This document shows, in pieces, positions 39,545 through 48,998 of a stretch of 54,102 nucleotides of DNA. Every line of letters begins with the position of its first letter. The first letter of the stretch is position 1. Made by a program: the position numbers and the translations under genes. Source of the stretch: Chitinophagales bacterium 62-2 (GTDB lineage: Bacteria; Bacteroidota; Bacteroidia; Chitinophagales; Chitinophagaceae); contig MWYU01000741.1 of NCBI GenBank assembly GCA_002050375.1, positions 1-54,102 on the forward strand. The letters run 5' to 3'. The notes under the pieces were generated by a model. It did no database searches. It was given only the letters and a program-made list of their open reading frames with translations, and had not been told where the DNA came from.

Positions 39545-40237
39545 CTACCACCTATATACAAGCATTTCCTTGTATTTGTTAACCATATCCTGCTGGGAAG
39601 CACCATTCTTATACATCTTTACAATCGTTCTGTTAGCATTCTGTACTTTAAACCAACTGTTCGTTTCGTACTTACGGGCTGAGATAAGAGCCGCCTTTTT
39701 AAATATTTTATATTTTCCAAATTGCCTTGCTCTTGTAACTATATCATAGTCTTCCATGATTAGCATATCTTCTTTAAAACCGTTGATCTGATTAAAAAGT
39801 CTCTTAGTTATAAATAAAGTTTGATCTCCCCCATAACAAATGAACCAGTCGAAGCGGGTAAAAAAAGCATTGATACGAAGAACTGTTTTGCGGCTGTTGA
39901 ACATAGTTCTGTATCTGCCTAACTGGTAACCTTTATTGATTGCTTTATTAATATCGCTTGTGAAGGTATCTGGAGGGAAAGTATCCGCATGAATAAAATA
40001 TAAAATGTCTCCTATCGCCAGGGAAGCTCCAAAATTCATTTGGGCAGCTCTTCCTTTTTTCGGGGAGAGCACAGCTTTTGCTCCGGCCTTTCGGGCAATG
40101 GTTAATGTATTATCTGTACTGCCCGCATCTGCCACTATCAACTCAACTGTTTCAATGGTGTCAGGTGTTTTTAAATAATTAATAAGGTCAGCTATTGTTT
40201 CTTCTTCGTTGTAAGTGGGTATTATAATGCTTATCAA
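39545..40237 (-). CDS. GT2 glycosyltransferase, TIGR04283-type (arsenosugar-associated)
   Basis: ISIIIPTYNEE, GRAAQMN.GA, FIHADT, GDQTLF, MEDY and SARKY motifs. Confidence 0.88.
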   Translation of the reverse strand: MISIIIPTYNEEETIADLINYLKTPDTIETVELIVADAGSTDNTLTIARKAGAKAVLSPKKGRAAQMNFGASLAIGDILYFIHADTFPPDTFTSDINKAINKGYQLGRYRTMFNSRKTVLRINAFFTRFDWFICYGGDQTLFITKRLFNQINGFKEDMLIMEDYDIVTRARQFGKYKIFKKAALISARKYETNSWFKVQNANRTIVKMYKNGASQQDMVNKYKEMLVYRW

Positions 40238-40305
40238 GTATAATTATTTATTCGTGTCTTCTTTTGAATTTCATTCAGGGATACTATCACCGTTAACAAA
40301 TTCTC

Positions 40306-40419
40306 TTAGCATTGCTTATGCCCATAAATCTCTGATTTACCATTAAGAACAAATGAGACTGGAGCTTTTGATACATTTGATTGTTGAGCAATATCCTTCA
40401 TTGTCAGCATTTTCTTCAT
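40306..40419 (-). pseudogene. LacI-family regulator N-terminal HTH remnant
   Basis: MKKMLTMKDIAQQSNVSKAPVSFVLNGK, then a stop; no ligand-binding domain follows. Confidence 0.8.
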
Positions 40420-40460
40420 TTTTATTCTAAATGATTTTATTATAAATCCTATCTGAAATC

Positions 40461-40660
40461 TTATGGAGTTGAGGCGCTTTTCTTGATTTTTACTGCAAAG
40501 AGTAACGATGTAGCTATGAGCATAAGACCAGCAGAAACCTGGTAAATAATGAAAGATCAACCTGTGCATCTTTAAATGCGCCACCCACATAAACCATAAT
40601 CCCTCCTACAATTATACTTAAGATTAATAAAGCCATAAGCAGTAGCGATAAGTATCGGTA
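40461..40660 (-). pseudogene. MFS transporter C-terminal remnant, multiply frameshifted
   Basis: Switching frames gives IATAYGFIN / SIIVGGIMVYVGGAFKDAQVDLSLF / QVSAGLMLIATSLLFAVKIKK*, resembling the last two MFS helices. Confidence 0.65.
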
Positions 40661-40973
40661 ATGCTTAAATCGCTTGAACCGGCGGCTCACCAGCCTGCTG
40701 TTAGTTTCAATGCACTTATATCCAATATATTCCAGAAATTCTTGCGGTGATGTTCCAACCTACAGAAGCAGAGGAGAACAGGGCATATTTATTTTGGGGA
40801 GCAAAGTTGGAAAAGCCATGGTAGCGAAGAGCGCCGCTTATTAAATATTTAGCATTGTAATCGTAGCTGAATTGCCCGGATTAACCGGCTGATCTCGATT
40901 GGCCGAAAAATAGAGGATAATAGTTTCTTCAATAAAAGTTAATTAAAACAGCTCTCTATCTATTAAGGTGAAT

Positions 40974-43130
40974 TTACCTGTAAAGGCAAAGCAACATTTC
41001 AAAATCTGTAACTTTTGGTACCGTACATTCAATCCATCCATTGGCTTGTTTAAAATTAAGGGACGTCTTCGACTTTAACAGCTTAACTTCTTTTACAGCC
41101 TTTAATGGTTTAAAAAGAATAGTTGTATTGTGAATACTTACAGGCTCAAGTAAAGAAGCTCCTATTTGTCCTGAGTGGTTCAAAAGACCTATCCATTCAA
41201 ATGCTCCGTTGCGATTAGCTAATCGCGACATTTCAATTAAAGGTGAAGCATTAGTAACAATTGAATTATTAATGTTTAAAAGGTTTTTAAGAGCAGATAC
41301 AAACAGTGTTTTATGAGCATAATGCGCTTTAAAATTATACTGCGCTCCTATTTGCCATGGTATGAAAACAGACTTTCCTTTTCCGAAATCATTACTTATA
41401 ATGCCAGGAACATTCGTTATTTCAGCTTCAGTATAATATGACTTTTCAGGAGGACCAAACATCGTGGCAGGCACTAATTTCAAATACCCTTTCGCCGTAT
41501 TGTTTGCTTTACATTGTAAAAAATCTCCGTACATCATCATTAGATCAAAATCTTCAAATAATTTTGAACCAAGTGCTGCTTTATCATTTTTAGAAACTTT
41601 AAGGTAGGTAGATTTTGCTTGCTTAAACGTCTCAAACCCCGGCATTACGCCCATGGATTGAAGTCTTAGTTTGTTTGTTGGCGTACCAATCCCATCTTTG
41701 GTTGAAGTGAAGCCGGTAGATAAAACCTTCCCTCCATTACTTACATAATTATCAATTATTGAAATAAAATGATCATCCATATCCGTAACATCTCCAAGAA
41801 TTAGTGCATCATATTCTTCCAGTTTTCTCGGCATTCTTAAGCTACCTACTGCGGAAGGTTCAATAATATCATACATGATATGCTCTTCAGACAGCAATTT
41901 TATCAGACCCATGTATTCCTCTTTTGAACCACGAATAAGCGCAACATTACTGACCGGCTGAAGGTTGGTAAACAACTTCTCGTTGGTCTTATGGAAACGA
42001 TAAATGTCCTTCATTATAGGAATAAACCTGCGGTCTTCCTGGTTAACCAAAGTGCCTATCACATATACGTCAAGCGGGGCACCGTTGAGCATATTTTCAA
42101 GTACCCATATTCTTGAAATATTTGGTGAAGTAGCTATATGGCGGTAACCAATAGCAAGAAAATATTGAAGAAGATTGCCGGGAGTTCTATCCTTGTAAGA
42201 ACCAAGAACACGCTTAACATGATCGGTTGAAAAATAATTCCATTCATATTCGGAGGTCAGCCATGAGCTCGATTCCATACGCGTTACATCTACCCCGGCA
42301 TCGGTATATGTACAAATGATGAGCTTTGGATTTTGTTGTTTTATAAAATTCCCTACCTGCGTAAAAAGTTGTTCTGAAGTTGTTTTTCTAAATGCGTTAT
42401 ACCTTCTGTAAACCTCGTCGGTCATATCTTCTTTTACAGGAAGTGTCATCCCTGTAGAATCATGAAATCTTTTTTTGCAGTTCTCGCACTGGCATATTCC
42501 ATGATAAACTCCACTGTAGTCTGAAGTAGTATAGCCGGGCATGTTAAAAAAAATCCCGTCAAGGTTATAATTTTGAATGGTCTCTTTCAAAATATCAAAA
42601 GTGTATTGCTGCTGGTAACCTCCGTTAACACAGGTATGCACCTGTCCATTATAATTTACATTTTTACCATCGGTTCCAACGTACAACCACTCCGGCTTAT
42701 TTGCGGCCAATGTCTCATTTATCTTACTCATATCAAACCGTCCTAAAACCTTTATCCCTTTTGCATGAAGTCTTTTTAGCAGCTCCCCTACCAGGTCACC
42801 TTTCATATAGGTATTCTTATAATGAAAAGGCAGCTTAGTGGGATAGTTCGCCACAATACCTCCCACATTTATTAAAACAACATTTGCGGAGGCATCTTCT
42901 ATTGACTTTACAAAATCATCCACGTCCATTAGAGCATCTATCTCGCGAAGATTAGTTTGAATTAGCCTGATAGGTGTACGGTTCCACCAGGTTGTATCGT
43001 AACGACCAGGATTAATTGAAGACCATTGCGCAGAACCTTTAAAGTGGGTTGCTAACAAAAGGATGACAATAAAACTTATAGGAAAGACCAGAAGCTTATT
43101 ACAAATTATAAGGAACAATTTATTTTTCAT
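40974..43130 (-). CDS. Secreted putative glycoside hydrolase (GHL6/GH42-like barrel plus trimerisation-like domain), paralog A
   Basis: Signal peptide; QTNLRE, GGIVANYPT, GRFD, DGIFFNM and CQCENC motifs. Confidence 0.75.
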   Translation of the reverse strand: MKNKLFLIICNKLLVFPISFIVILLLATHFKGSAQWSSINPGRYDTTWWNRTPIRLIQTNLREIDALMDVDDFVKSIEDASANVVLINVGGIVANYPTKLPFHYKNTYMKGDLVGELLKRLHAKGIKVLGRFDMSKINETLAANKPEWLYVGTDGKNVNYNGQVHTCVNGGYQQQYTFDILKETIQNYNLDGIFFNMPGYTTSDYSGVYHGICQCENCKKRFHDSTGMTLPVKEDMTDEVYRRYNAFRKTTSEQLFTQVGNFIKQQNPKLIICTYTDAGVDVTRMESSSWLTSEYEWNYFSTDHVKRVLGSYKDRTPGNLLQYFLAIGYRHIATSPNISRIWVLENMLNGAPLDVYVIGTLVNQEDRRFIPIMKDIYRFHKTNEKLFTNLQPVSNVALIRGSKEEYMGLIKLLSEEHIMYDIIEPSAVGSLRMPRKLEEYDALILGDVTDMDDHFISIIDNYVSNGGKVLSTGFTSTKDGIGTPTNKLRLQSMGVMPGFETFKQAKSTYLKVSKNDKAALGSKLFEDFDLMMMYGDFLQCKANNTAKGYLKLVPATMFGPPEKSYYTEAEITNVPGIISNDFGKGKSVFIPWQIGAQYNFKAHYAHKTLFVSALKNLLNINNSIVTNASPLIEMSRLANRNGAFEWIGLLNHSGQIGASLLEPVSIHNTTILFKPLKAVKEVKLLKSKTSLNFKQANGWIECTVPKVTDFEMLLCLYR

Positions 43131-43207
43131 AAGGCAACATTTATCTGCGCTTTAAATCATGATATTTCAGAACTATCATCATGAGTGTAAGATGTAATTA
43201 AATGCAA

Positions 43208-45487
43208 TCACTTTCTAAAAGGCGCTTCCGTTGTATACTTTGGTTGATACTTAATAGTTCCTGGTTTCCATTGTTTAGCCAACGCAATATCTGCCTCTAC
43301 TTTTGTTAATAGTTGAGGGATGTTTACAAATCCTACCCGGTTATACAAGACGGGTTTGTACAGTGAACTATACACTTTCGCATAGTGCGCCCAATGGTTT
43401 CTTGCTTGCTGTAAATAACTGAGCGCCTTATTTCTATCGGCTTCATTACTAAATTGATCGAAAGTTGCCAAACTACATGCTGCCTTCATTTTTGCTGCAT
43501 AGTAGTTGCCTATATGCGCAAACGCTTCAATATCTCCTAATGTTTGATCCAGTTCACTAAACGAACCTGCTTTACGGGCCGGGAGTTTTTTTAATCCTTC
43601 AAGCGCAGTGTTTGATAGCATAGATAGAGTATCAGCTACAGCGATTGGCGATTGAAGGGAATCGTGTTTGCCTTCATGCTGGTACTTTGCCCACAAGTAA
43701 ATATTACGGATGCGACTGCCAGGCATTGGTTCACGTTCAATGTAATCAGCAACAGTATAAAAGCCTTTATGAGTGGGATGACTGATATTGGCCTCAGGAA
43801 ACCATTTTAGATCAATATCACCCCAAACGTAACGGGTGATCCACGGAAAGATCATGGATGCTGCTGACCATGGTTTGTATAAAGCTTGTACAGATATGGA
43901 AGGGAAACGTGTTTGAAGCGTTTTTATAAATACCTCATCCGGCAACTCAGGGTTATAGCTTAATCTTCCCCAAAGCATGAAAGAATACCATTGCTTTTGC
44001 AAAATCAATTGGTGTTCGTTTCCTTTAGTAAGGTAATCCCGCCCCCAGTTGTAACCATCCGGACCCATATAGTAGCCCGCAATTTTTTCAGGCTCAGGTA
44101 TATCTTTAATAAACGCACGGGCATAGTTATTATTAGCCCAACGGAAGCTATAAATATCATCATTGCGAATCGTTAACCAACTCTTTGTTTGCTGCGACAA
44201 GAGGGGCATAGCAGCATCTACAAAAGGTGGATTTGGAATAGAATACATGTGGGCAATCGCATACTTCAAGCTTAAATCAATTGGACCGGGATATTCATGA
44301 AAAGCCTCCTTAATCTCGCTTAATGAAGTCTGGTGAAAACGATGAATAAGACGAAAAGGCCTATTAGGTTCTGTTTTAAGTGCATCCCTAATGCCCTCCC
44401 CATAAGTCCGGGATAACCATTTTTCGTTGGCATACCCGCCTTTTAATTTTCCGTTCATCGCTTCACCTGCTGTAATACCGATACCTGCTAAAAGCGGGTA
44501 AGTACGTACCATCTCTCTAACTGCAGCCCTAAAGTATTGTATCGTGGTATCGTTATCCTGCCTGTTGGTTATACCATGCTTGCCTTCGGCGCCATTTGTA
44601 AAAATGTTCCAGGTGAAAATAAAAACTTCAATGCCCCTGTCACTTGCCATTTGCATGACATCTCGCCAAAAGGCAATTTTTTCATCAATGGTTATCTTTT
44701 TAACCACCTCTACGTTTTTAAGCAAATGGGGTCGAACGTAGTTAATCCCGTTATGGCTATAACCATCATCAAACTTTTCCTTCGTGCGCCAGACATCATT
44801 CAATGCTACTTCCGGAAATTCAGGAATTTTTACCATAGAAGGAAAGGGATGAAGGCTCCATAAAGTCAAAACATTGTAACGGTGTTTAGCCATCTCATCA
44901 AAATAAGTAGTCCAAAACTTTTTTTCCCATACGTTAGGAATGTTTTGTTGGGCTGCATCACTGGGATCGGTATAGCTTGGGGTTCGAAGATCGAGGGGAA
45001 TATTAAACTTGATGCCACGGCGATCGAGGTAAGGTTTGTTATCGGAATTTGTTATCGAGTTGAGAGTTCCAATGCGAATAGCTTCAGCAATATCTAAACC
45101 GCCATACATAGCGCCAGTTTGATCGCCTGCTAAAATGTAAATGTTTTTCTTGTCGGGCATCTTAACTACGCGTATAGCATAGCATTGCCAACCGAGATTA
45201 CCTGGCCACTTCAAATTTTCATCCTTAGCAATTTTTACAGATAAGGCTGAGTCTGAACTTATCCTCACTACCACTTCTTCGCTTAAATTATCACTGATGA
45301 TTGATGATAGCTTTACAGTATAATTTCTTTCATTACCAGCTTTCTTTATCTCATTAACAGCATAAGAAAGTTGATGTCCCGGGTTGTTGATTTGAACGTT
45401 TATGCTTTTTTGAGCTCTTGCCCATTGTGAGCCTGTTGCGATAAACAACAGTGTCAGTATAAATAAAGCTGGAATTTTTATTCTCAT
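43208..45487 (-). CDS. Large secreted hypothetical protein, probably carbohydrate-active
   Basis: Signal peptide; GD.TGAMYG segment like the N-terminal domain of GH20/67/115 enzymes; RGIKFN and N.LTLW..HPF barrel-like motifs. Confidence 0.65.
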   Translation of the reverse strand: MRIKIPALFILTLLFIATGSQWARAQKSINVQINNPGHQLSYAVNEIKKAGNERNYTVKLSSIISDNLSEEVVVRISSDSALSVKIAKDENLKWPGNLGWQCYAIRVVKMPDKKNIYILAGDQTGAMYGGLDIAEAIRIGTLNSITNSDNKPYLDRRGIKFNIPLDLRTPSYTDPSDAAQQNIPNVWEKKFWTTYFDEMAKHRYNVLTLWSLHPFPSMVKIPEFPEVALNDVWRTKEKFDDGYSHNGINYVRPHLLKNVEVVKKITIDEKIAFWRDVMQMASDRGIEVFIFTWNIFTNGAEGKHGITNRQDNDTTIQYFRAAVREMVRTYPLLAGIGITAGEAMNGKLKGGYANEKWLSRTYGEGIRDALKTEPNRPFRLIHRFHQTSLSEIKEAFHEYPGPIDLSLKYAIAHMYSIPNPPFVDAAMPLLSQQTKSWLTIRNDDIYSFRWANNNYARAFIKDIPEPEKIAGYYMGPDGYNWGRDYLTKGNEHQLILQKQWYSFMLWGRLSYNPELPDEVFIKTLQTRFPSISVQALYKPWSAASMIFPWITRYVWGDIDLKWFPEANISHPTHKGFYTVADYIEREPMPGSRIRNIYLWAKYQHEGKHDSLQSPIAVADTLSMLSNTALEGLKKLPARKAGSFSELDQTLGDIEAFAHIGNYYAAKMKAACSLATFDQFSNEADRNKALSYLQQARNHWAHYAKVYSSLYKPVLYNRVGFVNIPQLLTKVEADIALAKQWKPGTIKYQPKYTTEAPFRK

Positions 45488-45535
45488 GATGCCATGTTAT
45501 TAGAAATCGGTATTTTAAAATTTTGTTTGCTGTTC

Positions 45536-46669
45536 TTATTTCGCAATGGCTAATACATTACCTAACTCTCTTGATGTTCTTACAAGGTTATTTGCTGTGC
45601 CTGCTAAAGCGGTTGATAAGTCAACCGGCTGATTTCCTATAGCCATTAATACATCAAAATACTTTTGTAAAGATGCATTGCTTTCAACCGGCACTTTTCC
45701 CGCAAGTCCAATAACAGGAAGGCCTTTAAGCTTTGCACGGAATGCTACACCGAACGGGCCTTTACCTTGCAGCGTTTGTTCATCTATGCTACCTTCTCCG
45801 GTAACAACCAGATCAGTATTTTCCAAGGCTTTATCAAAAGCGGTTAGCTGAAGAAAATAATCTATTCCATTTACGAGTTCGGCATTTAGTAAGGCATATA
45901 ATCCTGCTGCCGCACCTCCTGCTGTGCCTCCATATTTTATTGCTGACATATCCTTACCTGTTAACTGCAATGCCACCTGCGATAACTTGCCAAGAGCAGC
46001 ATTTAATTTTTTTACATCTTCAGGAGAGGCTCCTTTTTGAGGACCAAACATTGCGGCAGCGCCATTGTTGCCTAACAACATGTTATCTACATCACAAAGA
46101 ACAACTACTTCGCTATCTAAAATTCTTTGATCAATTCCTGAAACATCAATTGATGCCAGTTCAATTAAACTTGCAGGCAAACCTTCTAATTCCTCCTTAT
46201 TGGCATTTAGAAAACGGATGCCAAGAGCTTTCAGAATGCCGGAGCCTCCATCAGCAGTTGCCGAGCCCCCCATACCCACAATGATCTTTTTAGCACCTTT
46301 ATCAAGAGCGGTTTTTATTTGCTCGCCCGTGCCAAACGATGTTGCAATTAATGGGTTTAATTCCTCATGTTTAAGCAGCCTTATTCCTGATGCGTCAGCC
46401 ATTTCAATGACAGCAGTTGTGCCGTCATCTATTAAACCAAACGCGGCCTTTATACCTCTTCCCAAAGCATCGTGTGTTGCCCCGCTAATTTTCTGTCCTG
46501 CACATCTTTTTATAATCAACTCACCAGTACCATCACCTCCATCACCAATCGGAAAACATTCACACTCACAATCGAGCATGCTTTGCATAAATCCCTGCTG
46601 AATAGCTAATGCAGCCTCTTCTGCATCTATACTATGTTTGAAAGCGTTTGGCGAAATAAGGATGCGCAT
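45536..46669 (-). CDS. Glycerate kinase (GlxK/GarK family)
   Basis: ISPNAFK, DGGDGT, EMADASG, GGSATADGG, FGPQKGA and TGEG.ID.QT..GK motifs. Confidence 0.93.
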   Translation of the reverse strand: MRILISPNAFKHSIDAEEAALAIQQGFMQSMLDCECECFPIGDGGDGTGELIIKRCAGQKISGATHDALGRGIKAAFGLIDDGTTAVIEMADASGIRLLKHEELNPLIATSFGTGEQIKTALDKGAKKIIVGMGGSATADGGSGILKALGIRFLNANKEELEGLPASLIELASIDVSGIDQRILDSEVVVLCDVDNMLLGNNGAAAMFGPQKGASPEDVKKLNAALGKLSQVALQLTGKDMSAIKYGGTAGGAAAGLYALLNAELVNGIDYFLQLTAFDKALENTDLVVTGEGSIDEQTLQGKGPFGVAFRAKLKGLPVIGLAGKVPVESNASLQKYFDVLMAIGNQPVDLSTALAGTANNLVRTSRELGNVLAIAK

Positions 46670-46672
46670 GAA

Positions 46673-46749
46673 GAGTTTTGAGTTAGGAGTTTAGAGTTAT
46701 GAATTTCGATTTATGAGCCTGGAATTATGAGTTTAGAATTATGAGTTTA
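46673..46749. repeat. Heptamer tandem repeat, 11 in-phase units (consensus GARTTWN)
   Basis: GAGTTTT GAGTTAG GAGTTTA GAGTTAT GAATTTC GATTTAT GAGCCTG GAATTAT GAGTTTA GAATTAT GAGTTTA. Confidence 0.9.
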
Positions 46750-46760
46750 GAGGAGAGTTA

Positions 46761-48920
46761 TTATTTATATGTACAAAGCAACATTTCAAAATCGTTAAGC
46801 TGCGGCACTATTGCTTCAACCCATCCATCGTTTTGTTTGAAATTAACTGTTAAGCCGGATCTCACCAGCTTTAATTGCTTTATCGGTTTTATGGGTTTAA
46901 ACCGGGTATTGATATTATACATTGCCACAGGTTCTCTTAATGAACCTCCAATCTGACCCGAATGATTAATCATACCGATCCATTCGTAAGCACCGTTACG
47001 ATTAGCAAGATGTGTCATCTCTATTAATGACGACGCATCTGTTTGAATTGTTCTTTCAACGCTTAGCAGGTTTTGTAACGCTGCAACAAATAATGCCCTG
47101 TGCATATAATGTCCCTTAAAATAATATTGTGAACCCAACTCCCAGGGAATAAAAACAGAGGTGCCTTTGCCAAAAGTATTTGTAATTACACCCGGAAAAT
47201 CAGTAATATTTTCAGCAGTGTAATAAGATTTTTCCGGTGGGCCAAACCTTGTTTCCGGAACAAATTTTAAATAAGATTTTGCTATTCCTGCTGGCTTGCA
47301 CTTTAGAAAATCAGAATACATCATCATAATACTAAAGTCTTTAAACTCTTTTTGTCCAAGTGCTGCCTTATCCTGATTTGATACTTTGAGGTAAGTTGAT
47401 TTTGCCCGCGGGAAAGATTCAAAAGAAGGTACGACACCAAGAGATTGAAGCCTTATACTATTTAATGGCTTACCTAAAGCATCCCTGGTGGAAGTAAAAC
47501 CAGTAGCTAATATTTTACCCCCGTTCTTTACATATTCGTCTATAACGGTAATCAAACGATCATCCATATTACTAACATCGCCAAGAATAAGGGCCTCATA
47601 CTCCTGCAGCCTGCGTGGAGTTCTTTCTGTTCCTAATGCTGATGGTTCTATAATGTCATACATGATGTGTTCTTCTGTGAGCAGCTTTATCATTCCTTCA
47701 TATTCATCCTTTGAGCCCCTTATTAAAGCTATCTTATTTACAGCCTGCACATTCGTAAACAGCTTTTCATTTGCTTTGTGGAAACCATAAAGGTTGTTGA
47801 GCGTTGGAATAAATATCCTGTCTTCATAATTCACCAGCGTGCCTACTACCACAAAACCCAATGGTGCCCCATGAAGCATGTTTTCAAGCATCCATACTTT
47901 TGCCATATTAGGAGAAGTACCCACATGACGATAACCTATCGCCTGGAAATATATGAGCAGATTTCCGGGAGACCTGTCTTTATAAGATCCGAGAATACGT
48001 TTTACATTATCCGTCGCTGAATAATTCCATTCGTATTCCGGTGTAAGTTCTGCTCCTGATTCGCTTGCAATCATATCAACACCCGCATCCGCATAAGTAT
48101 TGATCATTATTTTAGGGTTCAGGCTTTTTATATGATTTCCTATCTGCTTAAATAATTTATCGGCTGTTGTTTTTTTGAATGCATTGTACTCCCTAAATAC
48201 CGGGTCGTTCATATCTGCTTTAACCGGCAAAGTATGCCCGGTAGAATCGTGGAATTTCTTCTTGCAATTCTCGCATTGGCAAATGCCATAGTAATTACCG
48301 CTATAATCGGAAGTAGTATAGCCGATCATGTTGAAGAAAATTCCATCAAGCGGATAAGTTGTAATAGCTTCTTTCAATATTTCCATACCATACTCCTGCT
48401 GGTAGCCACCGTTGGGGCATGTATGAACCTGGCCATTATAATTTACATTTTTGCCTGCGGTAGAAACGTACAACCATTCAGGTTTTTTTGCAGCCAGTGT
48501 TTCGTTTATTTTACTGAAGTCAAAACGACCAATAACTTTTATTCCCTTTGAATGAAGACCTTTGATTAAATCACCCACAAGGTCTCCTTTCATAAAAGGG
48601 TTTTTATAATGATAAGGGAGTTTTGTAGGGTAATTTGCCACTATACCTCCTACATTAATTAAAACAATATTGGCCGACGCATCAACCATTGATTGCACAT
48701 AAGCATTAACATCCATAGAAGCATCAATTTCGCGGAGGTTTGTCTGCACTAACCTGTAAGGAGCACGGTTCCACCAGGTGGTATCAAAGCGTCCGGGATC
48801 GATTGAAGAAAGGTCTATAGTATTTGAATTACCTGATGATATAGAGGAATGCTTAGCTAAATTGCAGGACGCCATAAACATAGCAACACTAAGAAAGAAA
48901 TAAAAGATAATACTTTTCAT
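46761..48920 (-). CDS. Lipoprotein putative glycoside hydrolase (GHL6-like), paralog B
   Basis: Lipobox MASC; colinear with 40974-43130 over its length, with the same motifs. Confidence 0.75.
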   Translation of the reverse strand: MKSIIFYFFLSVAMFMASCNLAKHSSISSGNSNTIDLSSIDPGRFDTTWWNRAPYRLVQTNLREIDASMDVNAYVQSMVDASANIVLINVGGIVANYPTKLPYHYKNPFMKGDLVGDLIKGLHSKGIKVIGRFDFSKINETLAAKKPEWLYVSTAGKNVNYNGQVHTCPNGGYQQEYGMEILKEAITTYPLDGIFFNMIGYTTSDYSGNYYGICQCENCKKKFHDSTGHTLPVKADMNDPVFREYNAFKKTTADKLFKQIGNHIKSLNPKIMINTYADAGVDMIASESGAELTPEYEWNYSATDNVKRILGSYKDRSPGNLLIYFQAIGYRHVGTSPNMAKVWMLENMLHGAPLGFVVVGTLVNYEDRIFIPTLNNLYGFHKANEKLFTNVQAVNKIALIRGSKDEYEGMIKLLTEEHIMYDIIEPSALGTERTPRRLQEYEALILGDVSNMDDRLITVIDEYVKNGGKILATGFTSTRDALGKPLNSIRLQSLGVVPSFESFPRAKSTYLKVSNQDKAALGQKEFKDFSIMMMYSDFLKCKPAGIAKSYLKFVPETRFGPPEKSYYTAENITDFPGVITNTFGKGTSVFIPWELGSQYYFKGHYMHRALFVAALQNLLSVERTIQTDASSLIEMTHLANRNGAYEWIGMINHSGQIGGSLREPVAMYNINTRFKPIKPIKQLKLVRSGLTVNFKQNDGWVEAIVPQLNDFEMLLCTYK

Positions 48921-48998
48921 TATGGCTAATTTTTTTACTACTTATTGCACTATGATTTTATTTGATCACACTGATAAAATATCTGCTTTGTCAACATT

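Noticed and set aside
40306-40590. 94-aa ORF as an intact gene
   Set aside because: It is an out-of-frame MFS remnant fused by chance to the LacI remnant.
46673-46749. CRISPR array
   Set aside because: Seven-base period, no unique spacers and no cas genes.
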